The position numbers were made by a program, and so were the translations under genes. Shown here piece by piece: positions 59,445 to 64,000 of a stretch of 64,000 nucleotides of DNA; the stretch's first letter is position 1; each line of letters begins with the position of its first letter. The stretch lies in the NCBI RefSeq assembly GCF_009914755.1, contig NC_060945.1, one strand, 5' to 3'. The DNA comes from the human T2T-CHM13v2.0 reference genome, Homo sapiens. The notes below the pieces were generated by a model, which was not told where the DNA came from, searched no databases, and saw only the letters and a program-made list of their open reading frames with translations.

Positions 59445-59784
59445 TCAGCCAGGTAACACTGCCTTCTTGTGAAATAACCATAATTCATAATTCCTTCCCT
59501 TAAGGTCACTTAGCATCTCCAATTAACCTGGATATTCCCAGAATGGACACAGACCCAACCTTACGCACAGCCAGCTCAACACGTAATGATGGCAACAGAA
59601 TAGAAGCTGGGGAACCAAGCAAAACTTTCAAAGGCCTTTTTGGGGTAGGTCCATAAAATGGCATCCTGAACAGTTATCTCCTCCAGCAGACAACTCAATT
59701 GTACAGTGGACAGAACGTGCTCTATTCGAGTCTGGTCCTGCGTACGATGAAACAGCATCTCCTCTTGGAGGAGGTCTTATTTCA

Positions 59785-60141
<357 letters not shown>

Positions 60142-60466
60142 TCAGAATGTTTGAAAAATGTCGATGCCATAAAAGACAAAGAAAGACTGTGGAAACGCTG
60201 CAGGACAGAGGATGCTAAAGCAATAAGACAGGCAGGCAATGTCCGGCCCTGTGCCGGAGTGGAAAGGTCACTGCTCTGAAGGACATCACGGGGTCGTCCA
60301 GTGACAAAAACTGGAAGATGGGCATAAGCTAAGGAATTGCAGCAATGTAAATTCAGGGAGCTGACAACTGTACCGTGGACACAGCAGAGAGTATCTCCAT
60401 TCCTGGGAAAATACACACTAAAGAATTGAGGATAAAGGGCCAAGATGCATACAATTTACCCTCAAG

Positions 60467-60467
<1 letters not shown>

Positions 60468-60508
<41 letters not shown>
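60468..60508. repeat. (TG)~20 microsatellite
   Basis: Direct inspection. Confidence 0.95.
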
Positions 60509-60512
<4 letters not shown>

Positions 60513-61543
60513 GAAAATGAGTAAGGGGAGGGAGAGAGAGACCAAGCATGAGCACAAATAGTAGAGGAAACTGGGCAAATGTTAAGGATACGTGAGTTTG
60601 AGTAAAGGTTATGTGGCTGTTCTTTGCATTGTTTTTGTAAAGTTCGAAATTTCATGGATTCCATCAGGCTGGGCTGGAACGAAATTTGAGTGAGGCCAGA
60701 AGGAGTGGGGACCCAGGAATGGGATCAGAAGTTGACTTCTCTCCAGGTAAACAGCACCCCCATGCTGTGCAGGTCCCCGACCTGCGTTAGGCTTCTCTCT
60801 CAGGACTCTTATCTCACGGGCATCCCAGTTTTCTCGGGACTCCAAAATCAAGGAAGTCGCCTCAGGATTCTTGCTAACAACTAGGATATAAAACTAGTTA
60901 ACTGGGAGAAATAACAACTTTCTCACTTTAGGAGGTAACCAAATGGCTTGATTTTATTGCTGGATAGGCTGGGCAAGGGCTTCCCAATTTTGGTATGTTT
61001 ATGGGGAGAGTTTTACAATCTAAGAAAATATTTGTATCTTTAAAAACCTAACAAATATTGAAACTACTGATGTGTACACACACACACATACAGGCCCACG
61101 TTCATTTTAGTGTTTTAGTGACTTTACCTCTAATTGTTGCTTTCTTGTGTATAAATCCTGAGTTCAATGTAAACCTCTGTAGTTTATTTTACAAGGAAAA
61201 ACCCAGTGAAATTCATACAGGCAGTAGAGTAGGGATGAAAAAAGCTCTGGAGATAGATGGGGGTGATGGTTGCACAACCGTGTGAATGTACTTACTGCCC
61301 CTGAACTATGTACTTAGAAATGGTTAAGACGATACATTTTATGTTGTTTATCTTACTACAGTTAAAAGGTTTTGTTTTTGTTTTTGTTTTCCAAAAAAAG
61401 GAGGTCTCTTGGAGCTAAGAGGGTTCAGAACTACTTCTCTATGCCAAGAATTGTTGCATAAAAGATTTTGGATTTTTTTAAAAAAACAAACAAAAAATCC
61501 AGTTGAACATTTCCCCAAAATGTATGACCTTGTTAATAACTCA

Positions 61544-61822
<279 letters not shown>

Positions 61823-61979
61823 TTATGAAATAGAGTGTTTTTTCTGATTATAGAAAGGAAGACAAAGATGTCAATATTTAACAAACTACCAAGACATATA
61901 AGCAAAAAAAGGGAAAGAGTTATCTGCAACCTCCCCATTCGGAAACAGTTACTGTTAATATTCGGTGACTAGCCTTCCA

Positions 61980-62162
61980 GAGTAGTCAACAGGATGTTCT
62001 GTGATGGCAGTGACAGAGAAGCTGTCAAATGCGGTAGGCACGGAGCACTGGAGAGGTGGCCAGTGCAAGCTGAGGAACTGAACGTCATTTTTAAAAATTT
62101 CCATTAATTTAATTTAAAGAGACACATGTGGCCAGTCGCTGCCATATTGAAAGCACAGCTAT
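61980..62162 (+). mobile_element. MER3-like hAT relic
   Basis: gttctgtgatgg...tgaggaactgaa...cacatgtggccagt. Confidence 0.6.
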
Positions 62163-62257
62163 ATAATGACCTAAAGACAAAATACGGAACATGATATACC
62201 TCCCTCCTCCTTTGTAACCTATTTATTTTCATTACAAAGGCATTAAAAAAAAAAAAA

Positions 62258-62378
62258 AGTAGAGATGAAGTCTTGCTACGTTGCCCAGGCTGGTGTCGAA
62301 CTCCTGAGCTCAAGCCATCCTCCCACCTCGGCCTCCCAACGTGCTGGCATTACAGGTGTGAGCCGCTGCGCCCAGCCT
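62258..62378 (-). mobile_element. FLAM-type Alu monomer
   Basis: Single left arm. Confidence 0.8.
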
Positions 62379-62379
62379 G

Positions 62380-63625
62380 TAACCTATTCTTTTAACTGAA
62401 AATTTTGTGGATGTCTTTCTGTATAACTACAGAGCAACATCATGTTGGATGGGCCTCTAGTATTCTGCTCTTTGCCCTTAGGAGATTTTATTTAGCCAAC
62501 TCTTTACTAAACAACCCTTCTTAATGTGTTGGTGGTCCCCACTATTTCATAACTATACACAAGCTGAGAGGCACATTCTTACCCATATATCTTTGCACGC
62601 CGTGTGATTATTTCCTTAGGAAAACTCTAATTGCCTGTCAAATGGCATGTGCATTTGAGAGGTGTTTTTCATTTAGGTCGACGGATGGCATCCAGAATGC
62701 TTATTCCCAGTGACACCTCCAATGCCATTATCGCTCTCTTATTCTTTACCAAGCTGTGAGGTGGAAAGATGACCTCTCCCTTTTGCTGAAGTTTGCATGA
62801 CTTTACTTATTTCTGAACATCTTTTCAGAAGTTTATGGCCATTGGTAGCTCTGGCTTTTGTATTTCCAGTTCAGGAATTTTGTTCAGTTTTCTAAGGCAG
62901 CTGTCATCTTTTCATTCATGATTTATAAAAGCTATACACACACACACACACGGGAAATTTTCTTCCATTACTTTTTCTAATTGTTCATCTTTTAAGGATT
63001 AGATTATGATTAATTTTAATACTTTGGTACTCAGCTAATTCATTAAATGATTATGTCTATTAGTTTTTAAAATATTCATTTCTACCTTATATCAATTATT
63101 CTTTCTAATAGCTTGGGTTGATTTTCTTGCATAGTCCTGATACGCAGTCATATCATCTCCAAGCAATGATTGGTCTTGCCTCTTCCTTTCCGGTATTTGT
63201 GTATAGTTTTTTCCCTTATCTAATTTGCATTAACCAATACTTCTAGAACAAAACAATAGGCATCCTTCTCTTGATTTTAGTGAGTCTGCTTCTGGTATTT
63301 ACCATTTATAGTGATTTTTAAAATCTTATTAAAGAAGTATCCATAAATTTTGCTCTAATTAAGTTTTTAAAAATTAAGAATGGGTATTAAATGTCACTGA
63401 ATGTCTTTTGGACATATGTAGAGAAAATACATTTATTTTCTCTTTTGATCTAGTAATACAATGAACACCATTAACAGATTTCCTTATGAGAAAGCACACG
63501 TACATCCTTACATTCCTGGTATGAACACAGCTGGTTTTATTTTTCATGTGCTGCTAGATTCTGTTTGATAATATTTTATTTATGATTCTTACCCCATTAT
63601 TTATGCATGGCCTACATTTTTCCCT
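62380..63625 (-). mobile_element. Degenerate L1M fragments
   Basis: T-rich antisense L1 ORF2 motifs (tcatatcatct, cttcctttcc, gtgctgctagattc..tttgataatatttt). Confidence 0.65.
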
Positions 63626-63634
63626 ATCTCGATT

Positions 63635-63933
63635 CTTTTTTTTTTTTTTTTTTTGAGATGGAGTCTCACTTTGTTGCCCAGGCTGGAGTGTGCAGTGGTA
63701 CAATCTCAGCTCACTGCAACCTCTGAATCCCAGGATCAAGTGATTCTCCTGCCTCGGCTTCCTGAGTAGCTGTGATTACAGGCACCTGCCACCATGTCTG
63801 GCTAATTTTTGTACTTTTAGTAGAGACAGGGTTTCATTTACCATGTTGGCCAGGTTGGTCTCGAACTCCTGACCTCTACCCACCTCAGCCTCCCAAAGTA
63901 CTGGGATTACATGTGTGAGCTACTGTTCCCAGA
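63635..63933 (-). mobile_element. Alu (S-type)
   Basis: Reverse dimeric Alu. Confidence 0.92.
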
Positions 63934-63934
63934 C

Positions 63935-64000
63935 TTTCTTTCTTTTTTTTTTTTTGAGACAGGGTATCTCTCTGTCACCCAGGCTGGAATACAGTGGCAC
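63935..64000 (-). mobile_element. Alu 3' end cut by the window edge
   Basis: PolyT followed by gagacagggt...caggctgga. Confidence 0.85.

Overview
Primate (human-like) genomic DNA, recognised as chr21q22.3. It holds two minus-strand genes in tandem. The 3' part of C2CD2 (TMEM24L) has seven coding exons at 61769-41438 and a ~4 kb 3'UTR ending near 37425. About 5.7 kb further on lies the 5' part of PRDM15: a CpG-island promoter at ~30.8-32.1 kb, exon 1, and exons 2-5 encoding the zinc knuckle and PR/SET domain; the gene continues off the left edge. I checked all exon boundaries for GT-AG and phase. The rest is mostly repeats: about 28 Alu/FAM/FLAM copies, old L1/L2/MIR fragments, MaLR/ERV LTRs, MER/Tigger DNA transposons, several VNTRs and a truncated SNORA3-family retrocopy. 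Repeat subfamily names come from recalled consensus sequences, not a RepeatMasker run. I found no convincing new protein-coding system. The best leads are RNA-level. (1) A ~195-bp non-Alu inverted duplication in PRDM15 intron 5 could bury the donor of a candidate poison exon. (2) A 5-copy tandem hairpin array sits in the C2CD2 3'UTR. (3) A +1 frameshift breaks the long N-terminal PRDM15 model in this sequence. (4) A CTCF motif lies inside a cassette exon that splits the PR domain.
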